DNA from: Podarcis pityusensis
Taxonomy: Eukaryota
Length of the DNA stretch: 64,000 nt
Assembly (NCBI GenBank): GCA_964106645.2
Contig: OZ067039.1
Reading direction: 5' to 3' (one strand)
The notes under the pieces: model-generated
The model's database searches: none
What the model saw: only the letters and a program-made list of their open reading frames with translations
What the model was told of the DNA's origin: nothing
Part shown: positions 25,326-38,108 of the stretch, in pieces
Layout: every line of letters begins with the position of its first letter
Position numbering within the stretch: position 1 is the first letter of the stretch
Position numbers and translations under genes: made by a program

Positions 25326-27460
25326 CAAAAACATCAACTTTTTCTAGATTCTGAAGAATATTCACTTCACAAATGCTATTTGCAAAAGTTAACTCTGTAA
25401 TATATTTTTGTTTCTAAAATAAATGAAAAACATATTTTAACCAAGTGGTAGGAAGAAACAGAAAAAGATGGGACCATTGTTCTGATACAAGCAAATGGAA
25501 GTCTAAATGCAGACTCGCTAGTCCCATGAAACACAAGCATAGCCAAAGGAGAGTAGTGGTGAGGGTATGATTCCGTTGCAGTTTTATCAAGCACTGACCT
25601 AAGACCATTGCGAACATTACTTCATCCTTTACCACCACCTACCGGGTATGTGGTCTAAATTTTATTTCTAAGGCCTGCAATGCAGTAAGTCACAGTTGTA
25701 AATGGAGTGGAGCCACAGGAAGAAAGGATAGAAGGTAGTTAAATCCATTTCCATGACTGGGTTGCAAGCAGGGCTTTCTAATAAATGCAACCATCCCAGT
25801 GACTATTTTACTCCAATTGCTAGGAGGGTGAGTGGCAAACCCAAGGCCGGTCCAGCAGATGTTTTGCATCCTGCAGTGCTCCCCATTACAAATAGGTTCA
25901 TGACAGGCAATACCAGAAGTTAGTAGCCTCTAAATTCCCTTGTAGCATCCAACCTCTGGGCTTAAAGGTGCACTTCACCAAAATAAAGTTGCATATATAT
26001 CTGCCACTAGTATTGTAGTTATTTGTTTAAACTGGGTGTGGGGAAACTTTGGCCTTACAGCAGCTGTTGCTGCTGAGATAGAACTCCCATCATTCCTGCA
26101 CACTGGGCCAAGCTTGTTGGGGCTGATGGGATTTGTAGTTCAGTAACATCTGGACAGCCAAAGGTTCCCCACACCTGAGTTAGAGAAGACAAGCAACTCA
26201 ACTTCATATGAAAATAGGTATTCTCTTTCCCTTCCCAGGGATGCAATCCATCATTGCATGATAATATAGGAATCAGAACCCAGAAGAACTGTGGGATACC
26301 TCTCACATGATTTCATTGAACATGATCCTCCTGGGATAAACGTATGGACCGTTCTTCGTAAAAATCTTGTGTGAATAGTACTGATAGCATCACTCTCTTG
26401 AATGTCCAGATACATTCATGCATGTGAAGTCACACTTCTTATATGAATAACCCTGCCTTGGTCATGCATTCTGGTGCAAAGTAGCACTGAAGGCAGCTTG
26501 AGGAGCCAGCAAAGGCAACGAATGTATACTACAGCAGCTCAGAGCTACAAACAGACAGGACTTGGATTTTATTTATTTTTTTAATAAATACAATTTACAT
26601 TAAAGAAAAAAAGGCCTTCGATTTGTAGTTTTCACACAAGGGCAGAAGGAAAAAAAAGGGGGGGGGAATAAAATTTTAAAATTCCAAACACAAAAATATG
26701 TAGGAAGGGGGTGAGGCGAGGAGCTTGTAAAGTAGAGTCCTTCATCTCCAGCAATGGCAGATTCTGAGCAAGACAGAACGGGACCTCTAGTCTTCTGCCA
26801 TGGCTACTATAGCAGGAACTCGCAGGGCTTTTGTCAGGAGTCATCAGACAAAAAAAACAAAAACCCAAACATTTCACAGCAGGTAGCAACACATCCATTA
26901 AAAAATTATGTTCAAAATAAAAATCACCTACAGCTTTTACAATCCATGATTCAATCCCACCCTGCCTGCCACGCTTTTCAGTAAAAATGCCCTTTTTAAA
27001 CTTATTTATTCCCCAGAAACTTGTCATAGTGACTAAACATTAGAAGATCACAAATCCATACCCTCTTTATAATACCTGCCTGTTTTGTTTTTTATCCTTT
27101 TTTTTGTTTCATATAAAACTATTTCTGTTCTTTAGGAAAGAACTTTATACAAAGAAAATATATTGTGAAATATCTTCGGAACTCCCCGTGGAGAGGAGAG
27201 TCATGTCTCAGCCTCAAAACCAAAAATAAAAAGGCAGAGAAAAATAAAGGTCAAGCCCCTGGGTCTCTTGGTAGGAAGGTTCCAGATGTGTCAGGAGCCT
27301 GCATCTGTCCACTGCAAGATCAGAAGGGCTAGAGTTCTTTAGATGGGTCTCCCAAGAATTAGGATATGAGCGGCTGCTCAGTATCACCTCCCGGATTTGG
27401 CCTCCTGGCTTCCGAGAACGGAGTTTTCCTGCTGCCAACATCCTGTGGGGTGGCCACTCC

Positions 27461-27519
27461 TCACTCATTCAGAGATAAGATTATGTCATCTTCCAAATCC
27501 AAATTATCTGAGCTGTCAG
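27461..27519 (-). CDS. DCAF1: DCAF1 last coding exon
   Basis: cccctttccag| (T)DSSDNLDLEDDIILSLNE*. Confidence 0.95.
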
Positions 27520-28132
27520 CTGGAAAGGGGACAAATGGGTTATTTGAGCAATGCAAAGTCTGATATGTCAAAAAGACACCAAGCAGGGTAACTTGTTCCA
27601 AGTCAAATATGAAAGACCATGCACAGGCACCCTTTAGAGTGGTATGCCAGCTAGAAACCATAAACAATGTGCAAAACAGGACTGTTTCACCACAAGCCAA
27701 GGCACAGCTCCTCATTATAAAGAGAATACTTACCACCAGAGTGAGATGCCTTCAGGAATTACTGAAAACACTCTAGAGAAGCAGTATGTAGCTCCAAAAT
27801 CCTCTGTAGTGGGAGTAAAAGATGCAACGGGCACTAAAACAAGGTGAGTTTCCAGAGACACAGAAAGGGTACAATATATTGTTCCTAAGTTGAAGCGTAT
27901 ACTAAGTATTTAGGGAGAAAGGCAAGGACAGGATTTAACTGATCAATGCAACCAGAGGAGAATGACTACCAAGGAGAGTCAATTTAGACAAGCAGTTGCC
28001 ACCTTACAATCAGCTGTCCTTCACATCCACAAACACAGCTGAAGTAACTGCTCATTTCTATTATATCTTAAAAAGAAACTTTTTGGACTGTTTTTAAATA
28101 CAATGGAAGTTTTAAAGACTTTCCAAACAACG

Positions 28133-28531
28133 GAGAGTTCCAGGTAGGTAGCCATGTTGGTCTGCCGTAGTCGAAACAAAATAAAAAAATTCCTTCCAGT
28201 AGCACCTTAGATACCAACTAATTTTGTTATTGGTATGAGCTCTCGTGTGCATGCACACTTCTTCAGATACACTGAAACAGAAGTCACCAGACCCTTATAT
28301 GTAGTGAGAGGGTGGGGAGGGGTATTACTCAGAAGGGTGATGGGAATGGGTGATTGGCTGATAGGTGTGGTAAACCTGTTGACCCTCCCCACCCTCTCAC
28401 TATATATAAGGGTCTGGTGACTTCTGTTTCAGTGTATCAGAAGTAGTGTGCATGCACACGAAAGCTTGTACCCAGAACAAACTTAGTTGGTCTCTAAGGT
28501 GCTACTGGAAGGAATTTTTTTATTTTGTTTC
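28133..28531. mobile_element. Penelope-like retroelement remnant, inverted pLTR pair with hammerhead motifs
   Basis: ~149-bp inverted arms 28173-28321 / 28383-28531, each holding GTAT-CTGAAGA-A-GTGTGCATGCACAC-GAAA-GCTY-ATAC-like sequence. Confidence 0.85.
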
Positions 28532-30102
28532 AAACAAGTGAGATGAATGAATGAGCTTGGGGGCTTTATGTTTTGTACAACCCTGCTCCTGTGCACCCCT
28601 TTTTTGCACAAACAGGAGGAGGGCAGAATCAGCACAAGTGGCCCAGCTCAAAACAGAAGAGAGTACCTCTTTTCTTGAGTGACTTTCCTCACCCAGCATA
28701 CAGTAAGTATAAGGTAAACCAGCCACAAGGGAAGCTGATGTTGGGATACAGTAAAGTCTACCAAAGGGCAACTGGGTGATGTAAATTATGTGCAATATTT
28801 GTGTTAATACTGTCTCCAAAATAGCACTTGCTTCTTGGTAAGTTGATTGGTACCACACCACAGCTCAAGGGACAGGGGAAAAAACACTCAGTGATCATTC
28901 AGGTGGCCATTTTCCCTAACTCTTGTAGAAAATCTGTCTAGGATATGGAAGAGTTGTCTTCTTCAGCAGGATCCACTGAAACAACTCTGAAGAAATGCAA
29001 GCACATTCACAAGCAATTCCTAACCCCTAGTTTTCCTAATGGAGTCCTTGATGAGATTTTCAAGGACACACTTTCTTGAAATCAACAAAAACCACCTCCT
29101 GCCAGAATACCAGCAGAAAAAAGACCAGGCAGGTCTTTTACAGGGTATGTGGAGTGGATATTGGCCGAAGATGCTCTTCAGAGGGAACTCTGCAAAGGTA
29201 TATTTGAAAGTAGCAGTTCAGGAATCTGGTACAAAAATGAAGTGTGCACCATTGTCTACATGAGATGATGCCCCTGGGATTTGAGCGTCGGTGAAAAGAA
29301 GAGTGTTTTTGCAAGGCAGATAGAAAGACACTAACTCTGAGGAGGTACCAATAAAGCACCTGTGGGGGGACACAAACACACACACCAGATTTACACAGCA
29401 TTTTTTTAAAAAGAGGGAAAGCCTTGTTTTAATGTTATTATTGGAATGGCTGTGGATGGGCTTCTCTTTCATCTCTATTCCTTTGAATGTGAGCGTTTGT
29501 GGACAATGAATCCCTAGTTCCATCCCATGCAGGTTTATTGGACTCCTTTTCCTCTCTCTACTAGTTTTTCCATGTAACGGTTATAGCTCTAAGAAATCAT
29601 TTTTAAATCAGAGTCTAAATCTCCTTTACATTCTTACCTAGACGAAAGCCCCACTAAACTCAACTAGATTTTTATCCTGAGTACACATTGATAAGATTGC
29701 ACTGTAAATGTGTTTGCAACTTACATGATCTGCACTTTTAAGATCCAATCACAAACTTTTAGAATCCAGTATTTTCCTTCATCTGAATAATGAATGCATT
29801 TTTCTCTCATACTCTCTCCCTATCTTCCATTCCACCCAACTCATCAAATCCATACATAAACAGTTATTGATAGGGCATGTGTGAAATGGACTTAAAACCA
29901 GCTCACAGCTAATGCTGCATAAAAGTCATCAAAATGAGGACTAGAAACAGCAAACACAGTTTAGCTGGCTAGTGCGCCCCCTATAAAAGACAACCAGGCT
30001 GCAAACCAATCCCAAGGAAAAAGATTGGATGCATTTTTGCTAAAGGAAGATGATGTCTGACCTGTGAATACATCTTCATTTGAGAGTGATAATAGATGAA
30101 TA

Positions 30103-30465
30103 AAGGTAAAGGTAAAGGGTAAAGGGACCCCTGGCCATTAGGTCCAGTCATGACTGACTCTGGGGTTGCGGCGCTCATCTCGCTTTATTGGCCGAGGGAG
30201 CCGGCATACAGCTTCCGGGTCATGTGGCCAGCATGACTAAGCCGCTTCTGGCGAACCAGAGCCACACATGGAAATGCCGTTTACCTTCCCGCCGGAGCGG
30301 TACCTATTTATCTACTTACACTTTGACGTGCTTTCGAACTGCTAGGTTGGCAGGAGCAGGGACCGAGTAACGGGAGCTCACCCCGTCGCGGGGATTCAAA
30401 CCGCCGACCTTCTGATCGGCAAGTCCTAGGCTCTGTGGTTTAACCCACAGCGCCACCCGCATCCC
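30103..30465 (-). mobile_element. Sauria SINE, full length
   Basis: (AAAGGT)n tail at left, tRNA-like head at right, 13-bp TSD TAATAGATGAATA (30090-30102, 30466-30478). Confidence 0.92.
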
Positions 30466-33204
30466 TAATAGATGAATAGGAGCACTTAAATTACTTTAAA
30501 CGTTCAGCAACCAAGTGGCATCTGCATGAAGTGAGCATTCTAGTGTGTGTCATCTGCTTACTACGCAGAATACATACTTATCCTCCCGAAGTGTAAATAT
30601 GCCAATCCATTCCTGCATGCTATCAGTTCCTGCCCTCTGCTTCCACAGACTCCTCCCAAAATGCCCCACCAATGTCACATTTCCCCACCCCCACCACCCC
30701 TTCTTGCAAGTGCATCCTCCACCACCACCTGCCATGTTTTTCGTGATGCTTCACACTAAAAAGTCCCCAGAAGAGCAATGCCAGCCAAATACTTATTTTG
30801 CATGACAGATGCTAGACAGAAGCAACTGAGAGGACCTGTGATATGGAACAGGCAGATCCACAGAGCCACATGTTCTACATGAGAACAGAGACAACAGGAA
30901 GGTGGAGCTGTTTATTTGTCTTTGCATATTGTGAGACTTTGGAAGGAAACTGCCTAGATGTGAGAAGAGGCAGGGGAACCATGCAATGAAATTATTAAAA
31001 AACAAATACTTTCAGTAATGCTCCCTTCTGGCATCACTAGCTTCTGCTGGAATGCACAGGCTATTTTTTCAGCTGCAATCCAGAACCCTCTAATGGGCTT
31101 ATTTCCCCCAGTAATGTACAACAATTGCACAGCATCTTTTTAGATACAATCCATCTTTTAATTAGAGCTCTGCAACATGTCCTGGTGGGATGTGGACAAA
31201 ATACCTACCACCATTAAGAACATAGAGGACTGACAAATATACAAGAAAATCGCTGGAGACCTGACAGGGTGCTTGCCCCCAGGTTCATGTGCCTGATTGC
31301 AGAGAAGCAGGGCTGCACTACAACAAAACAAGAGAAGAGCACACATGAGTCTGCTAGCAAAAGCATTTTAGCTCAGGATGAACAGAAACGGGACCAGACT
31401 GGGACAGAGGGTTGTCTTCTCAAACACTCCCAGCAACATGTCACCTTCCGGGCATCCGATGTCCTGCCTCTGCTGAAATTAACAACAAAGGTTCCAGCGA
31501 TTTCACTGAAGGAAAGCCTCTCTCTCCCCTCCACACACCCATAGCTTGCCCCCACCAAGACTACCTTAAATTTCCAAGATTACACACACAAGCACACCAG
31601 TTGTGAAAATTAAGAATTTTGCTCCAACATAAATGATTAACTTTCTTGCTGTGACATAATGCACAAAGTGCCTCTGAGAATGAGCAGACTGCATTTCCCT
31701 CAGAACTGAGGAACTGCTGCCTGCAATGAGAAACACGCAATCAAAGGGCAGGAAGGAGGATTCCAGGGCAGGTGACACAGCTTCCAGGAAGCCTGATCAC
31801 CTTCTCTCACTTTCTATGTCTATCCATCTCTTCCCTTTCCTGCTTTTCCCCCTCCCACCCTCTTTTTAAAGCACTGTTGCATCTTCTTTCTATACAATAG
31901 AAACACTCTATCCCTGCAGTGTAGAAGTCCACCACTTCACCACCAGCCATGTATTCAGCACACACATGAAAAGGCATTTAACTCCCTTCCTTCAGATGCC
32001 TATGCCCGCCGTTTTTTGTCTCACTTTACCAGCATTAAATCCCAGAATACAGGATGTAATAATAAATAAGCCACCTCTGAGCATGTACTGAATGCCAACC
32101 CACTTCACTGAGCAACAGTTATCTGTCCCCTTAACAGACAGACACAAGCATCCGTGAGGATTGGGGGGGGCTGCTTTCAGGTCATTAAGCATGGCTCCCC
32201 TGTAAGATTAACCCCTCTTGCCACCATTCCATACAGATGGAACAAAGTTTGTTCTCCAAGCACAAACTATCCAATCCAATACTTTCTTCTCACACACCTG
32301 CTCCTGACACTTTCCAAATAACCCTATTTCCCTCAACTTTCAAGCTCCATCCCTTGCACCTCTCAATCCCCATCCCTTTTTGATCTTCAAGAAAATGTTT
32401 TTAGAGAGAAAGAGCTGCAGTAGGTCAGCTGGGCTGGAGACATCATTTGAAACAGAAGATCCAAAAAGATGAGGGGGGAGAGAAGGGGGGCAGTATGGGG
32501 CAGATGCAGCAACTTCAAACACAGGACGGTCAGGCAGCAACACAACTTGCTGGCTCATGCTGCTTTCAAGCCTCTGGGAACTTCTGTGTAGCTGCATGCT
32601 TAATTTTACAAAGCCAGTGACAGGCAGGCTAAAGGAAGGTAGTGTTGGCTATATCTGACTTTCTTCTGCCGTGCTGCGTGGAGTATTGATTGGGAGATTA
32701 CTGCAGCTTGAGCCTGTGGCATGTTTACATGGAAATAAGTCCCACTAACTGACAACTACACACTATTGGAAAAACTATGCCCCAGGCTCTCCCACAGCTC
32801 CATTGTTAGAGCATCTCAGCTATTCTCATTCACCAACGATTTACAGTTGATACTCTCAGGAAAGCAATGGGAAACTTCACAATCACATGGCAAATCTGGT
32901 TACTGCAGGATCACCAACAGATACGTAAAGTGTGAGCCACACCACACATCTTCAAACAGCCACTTGCAGGTGCCTGGGAACCTGGACTGGGTTCCAGTTT
33001 AGTAGCACAGGTAAAAAAAATTAAAGCACACGTACTCTACAAACATCATGCCATCAAGTAACAACCTGTATGCACAGCTATCAGGCTTGTCACATGAGCG
33101 GAGTTGTTGTCCTATGAGAGTTAGCTAAAATTAATTCAGGAACCTGGGACCAAAGAATCTGACCTGCACACTAGGCAGTGCAGTGCTTACACTACCTTTA
33201 ACCT

Positions 33205-33274
33205 GTAGCACCTTAGAGACCAACTAAGTTTGTTCTGGGTATAAGCTTTCGTGTGCACGCACACTTCCTCAGAT
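33205..33274 (-). mobile_element. Penelope-like fragment carrying a minimal type-I hammerhead motif
   Basis: Near-identical to the 28.1-28.5 kb arms; minus strand AT CTGAGGA A GTGTG CGTG CACAC GAAA GCTT ATAC. Confidence 0.8.
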
Positions 33275-33352
33275 TGGTATCTTTGGTCTGCCCTGGACCT
33301 TTTAACCCTTTGGAATCCCCCAAAGAGTTAATTTCTCCCTAGGTATACTTAC

Positions 33353-33605
33353 TATCCCCGAGGATCAGCTCAACTTCCTCATCAGCGTCAGAGTCTTCAT
33401 CCTCTCCTTCATCTCCCTCTTCAAGCAGGTTGGCCAGCTCCTCATCGTCAGAAGGCGAGAAGTCGTTTTCTCCATCCTCTCCCGCATTCTCGTTGTTTTC
33501 CTCTTCCTCCAGATCAGCCTCTAGAAGCTGGTCAGTGTCCAGCTCATCAAGGTCATCTGTGTCATCCTCATCCTCGTCGTCATCTTCTTCCTGTTCCTCC
33601 TCCTC
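33353..33605 (-). CDS. DCAF1: DCAF1 exon (acidic tail)
   Basis: tctcttcag| EEEEQEEDDD...DEEVELILGD A|gtaagt. Confidence 0.95.
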
Positions 33606-34841
33606 CTGAAGAGATATGAAGAAATCCCATTAAAATAAACAAAAACTGAAAGGGCTGAAAGCAACGCTAACAGAGATACGTGTGCTGCCATTGGCTCCTC
33701 CTGAACAACAGCCCTCTTCAGTTGTTACGCGAGCAAAAGGTTATTAGCTAGCACCACATGGCCTTTGTATGTGCTTCTCAATTCAACAGAAGCCTGACTA
33801 CCTTGACCTAGTCAGTACAATATTTTAAAAGCTGTTATTTGCAACACAGCAAAAGACAACACAGAACAGGTTATTTGGCAAAGAACATAAGGAGCTTAAT
33901 CTGGTTTTGCCCTACATAACATCAATCCCATTTGAGGTGAAACAATGAGGAAAGAGAGGTTTTGTGAATGAGAGGGTGATCCTGAGTGTGGGTTTTGTCG
34001 TCGTTGATCTCTGTTATGTCCTAATGAGGAAAGTAACCGTACTAGAGACAAGCACTGACAAATTTCTTACGCTTTCCACACATGGCTAGTTCCCACTGAT
34101 GAGAAGAAAAGACAATCCGCATACACACAAACTGAATGCCACCCATTTGCCAAGATTAATTGCTAATGGAGATAAGGGTTCCTAGAACTAAGTTCCCAAT
34201 GCCACTTCTTCTCGACAAGATCATCAGAACTTGTTAGAATATAGTAGGCCCATAACGTACATTCTGGGTGGTCCACGTGCAAAGGCGACATTGTGCAAAG
34301 CCAGAATGACACCCAGAACCACCCCTGCCATTTGAAATCTCTCAAGATCAGGGCCATCCAAGATCTCATGAGACGGCCCCACAAAATTTCACTGGAGCAC
34401 CCCAGAGGCCTTGTGCGACCATCCCACAGCCCTGGAAGCAAAGCTTGAAAAACTGTTTCTGAAAGGTTTTTTCAGATGGCCTTGTGAGATCTAACGAGAG
34501 CCTCCAGAGCCCAGAAAGCAAGGGTCTCCTGCTTGCTTGCTTTGTTTGCAATCCACCTGAACCTGCAATCACCTAAGAAAAATAAGCATTAGTTGCTGGC
34601 TATTGTAATGAAAAGATTCACACCTGAAGTTTCATTTCACCCTGTTCAGCACGCACCTTCTTCAAGACTGCATACAGACACACGGACAAAGCTGAAGTGA
34701 CAGGTATTATGCACTCCAAAACTCATACTCTAAGCACAATCCAGTAACGTACAATCAATGACTGCAAATAGTGATTATTAGTTCTTTAAGTTTTATTTTT
34801 GGCATATATTCAAATCTCACAAGCCTTCAACAAATGTGCAC

Positions 34842-35055
34842 TAGAATCATAGAACTGTAGAGTTGGAAGGGACCCCAGGGGTCATCTAGTCCAACCCCCT
34901 GCAATGCAGGAATCTCAGCAAAAGCATCCATGACAGATGGCCATCCAGCCTCTGCTTAGAAACCTCCAAGGAAGGAGAGCCCACAAACTCCTGAGGGAGA
35001 CCGTTCCAATGTTGAACAGCTCTGACTATCAGAAAGGTCTTACTGATGTTACAAG
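34842..35055 (-). mobile_element. CR1 LINE 3' end
   Basis: tagaatcatagaa tail; minus-strand peptide VRAVQHWNGLPQEFVGSPSLEVSKQRLDGHLS is the CR1 ORF2 C-terminus; shorter copy ~41141-41207. Confidence 0.88.
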
Positions 35056-37854
35056 AAAGGAGATTCCGATTAAACAAGCTTACAAGTTTCTCAGTGAAAC
35101 ACACCCTCGTTTGGTCAAGAATATGCCAGGCACCCTTTGTGGAAGAACATCTGGCCAAGTCTTTTTCAGCTTGCAGAGAAACAGGGTTGAGTCAAGGACC
35201 TCCCATTCAGTAATATTGCATCCTGAATCCTCAAGAACAAGAATCAGGAATGTATTTGTAAAGAAAAGCATACCTCAGGTGATGAAAAGAAAGCAGATCT
35301 CCCCATACTATTATATTCCTATACTTTGTTTCCATACAACTGACCATCTCACAAGGCAAAAAGCAGCATGTCCTAATCACAAAATTATTAACCAAGGGGA
35401 ACACCTCAGACTAGAAATGCATCCCAACAACACTGGTTGGTAGGAGAAAATGTTTTAGAATCCATGTCTTGGAAGAGGAGAGGGATGCCTCTTTGGAGAG
35501 AAACTTATCTTCCTAGGCCTACAGGTAAACCACAAGTTGTACCGTACAAATAAAAATCTGGCTTTTGATCAATAGGCAAAAAATAACACTTAGTAGTTGT
35601 ATAGTACTACATCTCCCAAGCACTCCCAAACACTTCCTGCACAATACGTCTGAATAAGAAGTCTTCATAGTTCCTTTACGTTTCTTCTAGACCCTATAGC
35701 AGCATAGAGTTGGATCCAGACATAGAGGAAACCCACTGAAATCAATGAAACTTAGGTTTGTAAAGTATAGCTGTTTAAGTCTCACTGGTTTTAACAAGTC
35801 TACTATGTATGACTAACTCTGCATTCAACCCATAGTATGTACATAAAGTCACCTTGTGAGAGTTTCTCTAGTCAAACAGTTCCTGAAAAATACCAAGTTT
35901 CAGGAAAATCAATTCCCTTTCTACCATGACCTCTTCCTTTATCCTAATTTATGTTTCCCTCCATTAACTGGGGCTTAAAATTATTCTGTAATACTGAGTC
36001 TATATTCCTCCTATAGCTTAACTGTTCTCTGCTACAGAAAAGCTAAACTATTTTTATGAGAATGTGACTCTTATTTTATAAAGAATCATTTTCCACCCTT
36101 TTGGTCTCTTGAGAACTCTAGTGAAGACATAAAATTCTTAACAGCAGATGGAACATACAACAACAGAACAGAGGTTCCTCAACACATTTGACCACAATTT
36201 CACCTGGCTTCATTTGTGGTCTACATTAGGTAAGCCCACAAAACAATAATTCTCTCACATGCAGTCTTGTGCAAATGGAGACCTAGCCTGTTAGTGCCGA
36301 GTGTGCCTGGGCCCATTGATATTGAATTTACTTCTTCTGACTTCTTTTGCTGTGAGAGACTAATACAGCTACTCTTCTGGAATTGCATTTTCAGCTACTG
36401 GTGCTTCTAACAAATAATGCCATGCCCAACATTTCTGGAGCCCTGGAGCCAACACAATGTTCACCAAAGCACAAAAGCCCTGAGATAAGAATATTTTGGT
36501 TCCTATTTGACAAAGGATATATTGTGTATTATTATGGGTACAGTAGCCTGAATAAAATATGGTATAGGGCTTACATTTAATTTTATTCCTACCCATTTAG
36601 GATAATTTTTGTCACTTCCGAATTTAAGTTCTTTAATTAAGGGATGCAATATGATCCCCCTTTCAATAGGTATCATATATTGGGTGAGAAGAGATAACAT
36701 ATGCTGGCCAGTGCATGATAAAGTACGGGTGCCTGTCACACGAAGAAGCCTAGGTGAGCCACAGGCTTATGCATGTTATCTCCCCATCCTCCCCCACTTA
36801 ACATTTGGCCTCAGGTTCAGAAGAGACAAAAGCTTTTGCTTCTACTTTCAGTGAATGGGCATTAAATGTTATGTCCAAACCTCAACAAATTGTGATTGGT
36901 CTTAGCTAGAGTTTCCCGAAACAAATCGAATCCAAACCTTGTGTTTCAATAAACCATAGTTATGATCAACTACAGGCTAGGATTCAAACATAACAGTAAA
37001 CCTTCGTTCCTCAACCATCAGTTCCCAGTTGTTGGAGTACAACCTCTACCTCCTCAGCCACTATGGTCAAGGGTCAGGGATGATGGAAGCTGCAGTCCAA
37101 CATTAGGGAACCCAAAGTTGGGGAATACCGTGGTTAACTGAAAACAGAACTGAAAGCTTCCAATCGCCTTGCAACCATGCTGGAGGAAGAGAGGTGAGAG
37201 AGGGAGCACGTAAGCCCAAAGTTCATGAACATAACTGTAAACCATGGTTTACTGCTACATCCAAACCATCTGTAGCCAGTAAAACCAATTATTCTGTTTT
37301 TACAGACATACACAACTATACATACACATCTGTGTGTACCAGCCTATATATGGTATATCAATACATAAAATATAAATGGTGTTCCTTCATAGAATGTGTT
37401 TTTACTATTATGTCATACGTTCCAATCTGCAATAAATGAATTCAATTTCATATGAAGTTTGTTATCCTTCATTTAATCACAATGTATGTTCAACTTAATG
37501 GCTGCCCTAAAAGGTGAGGTGGAAATGTATTAAATAAAACTATGCCCTGTCTGAATAGTCTTACTGCTTTTCCAGTACTAAAGAGGAAACATTATTGTTA
37601 CTTTCCTTCCTGTGTCTTTCCCAAACCTTACTGTGGAGGCATGAATACCCAGGAAAAAAATGGGGATGGGTGGGGGAGAGAAACAGTTCCTCTCCCCCCA
37701 AGCCTTCACAACTCTACCTTATCCCTAATCCTTTCCTCACCCCACACCAAGTTTGAGTTCATTTGCTTCTTTGATCATTACAGAATGTGCTCCAGACAGA
37801 AATATTTTAGTGGCTTTTTAAAAAAAAAAACCTTTAGCTTTCAAAATCCAAGTA

Positions 37855-38108
37855 CAGTCATACCTCATGTTCCGTTTGCTTCATGTTACGTTCTTTCAGG
37901 TTACGTCCCACGGCAACCCGGAAGTTCCGGAAAGGGTTACTTCTGGGTTTCGCCGCTCATGCATGCGCAGAAGCGCAAAATGACGTCATGCGCAGAAGCG
38001 GCGAATTGCAACCCGCGCATGCGTAGATGCGCTGCTGCGGGTTGCGCTCTTTTCATGTTTCGAACGGGCCTCCGGAACGGATCCCATTCGCAACCAGAGG
38101 TACCACTT
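37855..38108. mobile_element. Tc1/mariner (Tigger-like) MITE
   Basis: TA|CAGTCATACCTC...GAGGTACCACTT|TA; CpG-rich interior. Confidence 0.78.

Noticed and set aside
34937-35443. 168-aa plus-strand ORF
   Set aside because: Starts in antisense CR1 and runs opposite relic exons M and L; no independent coding signal.
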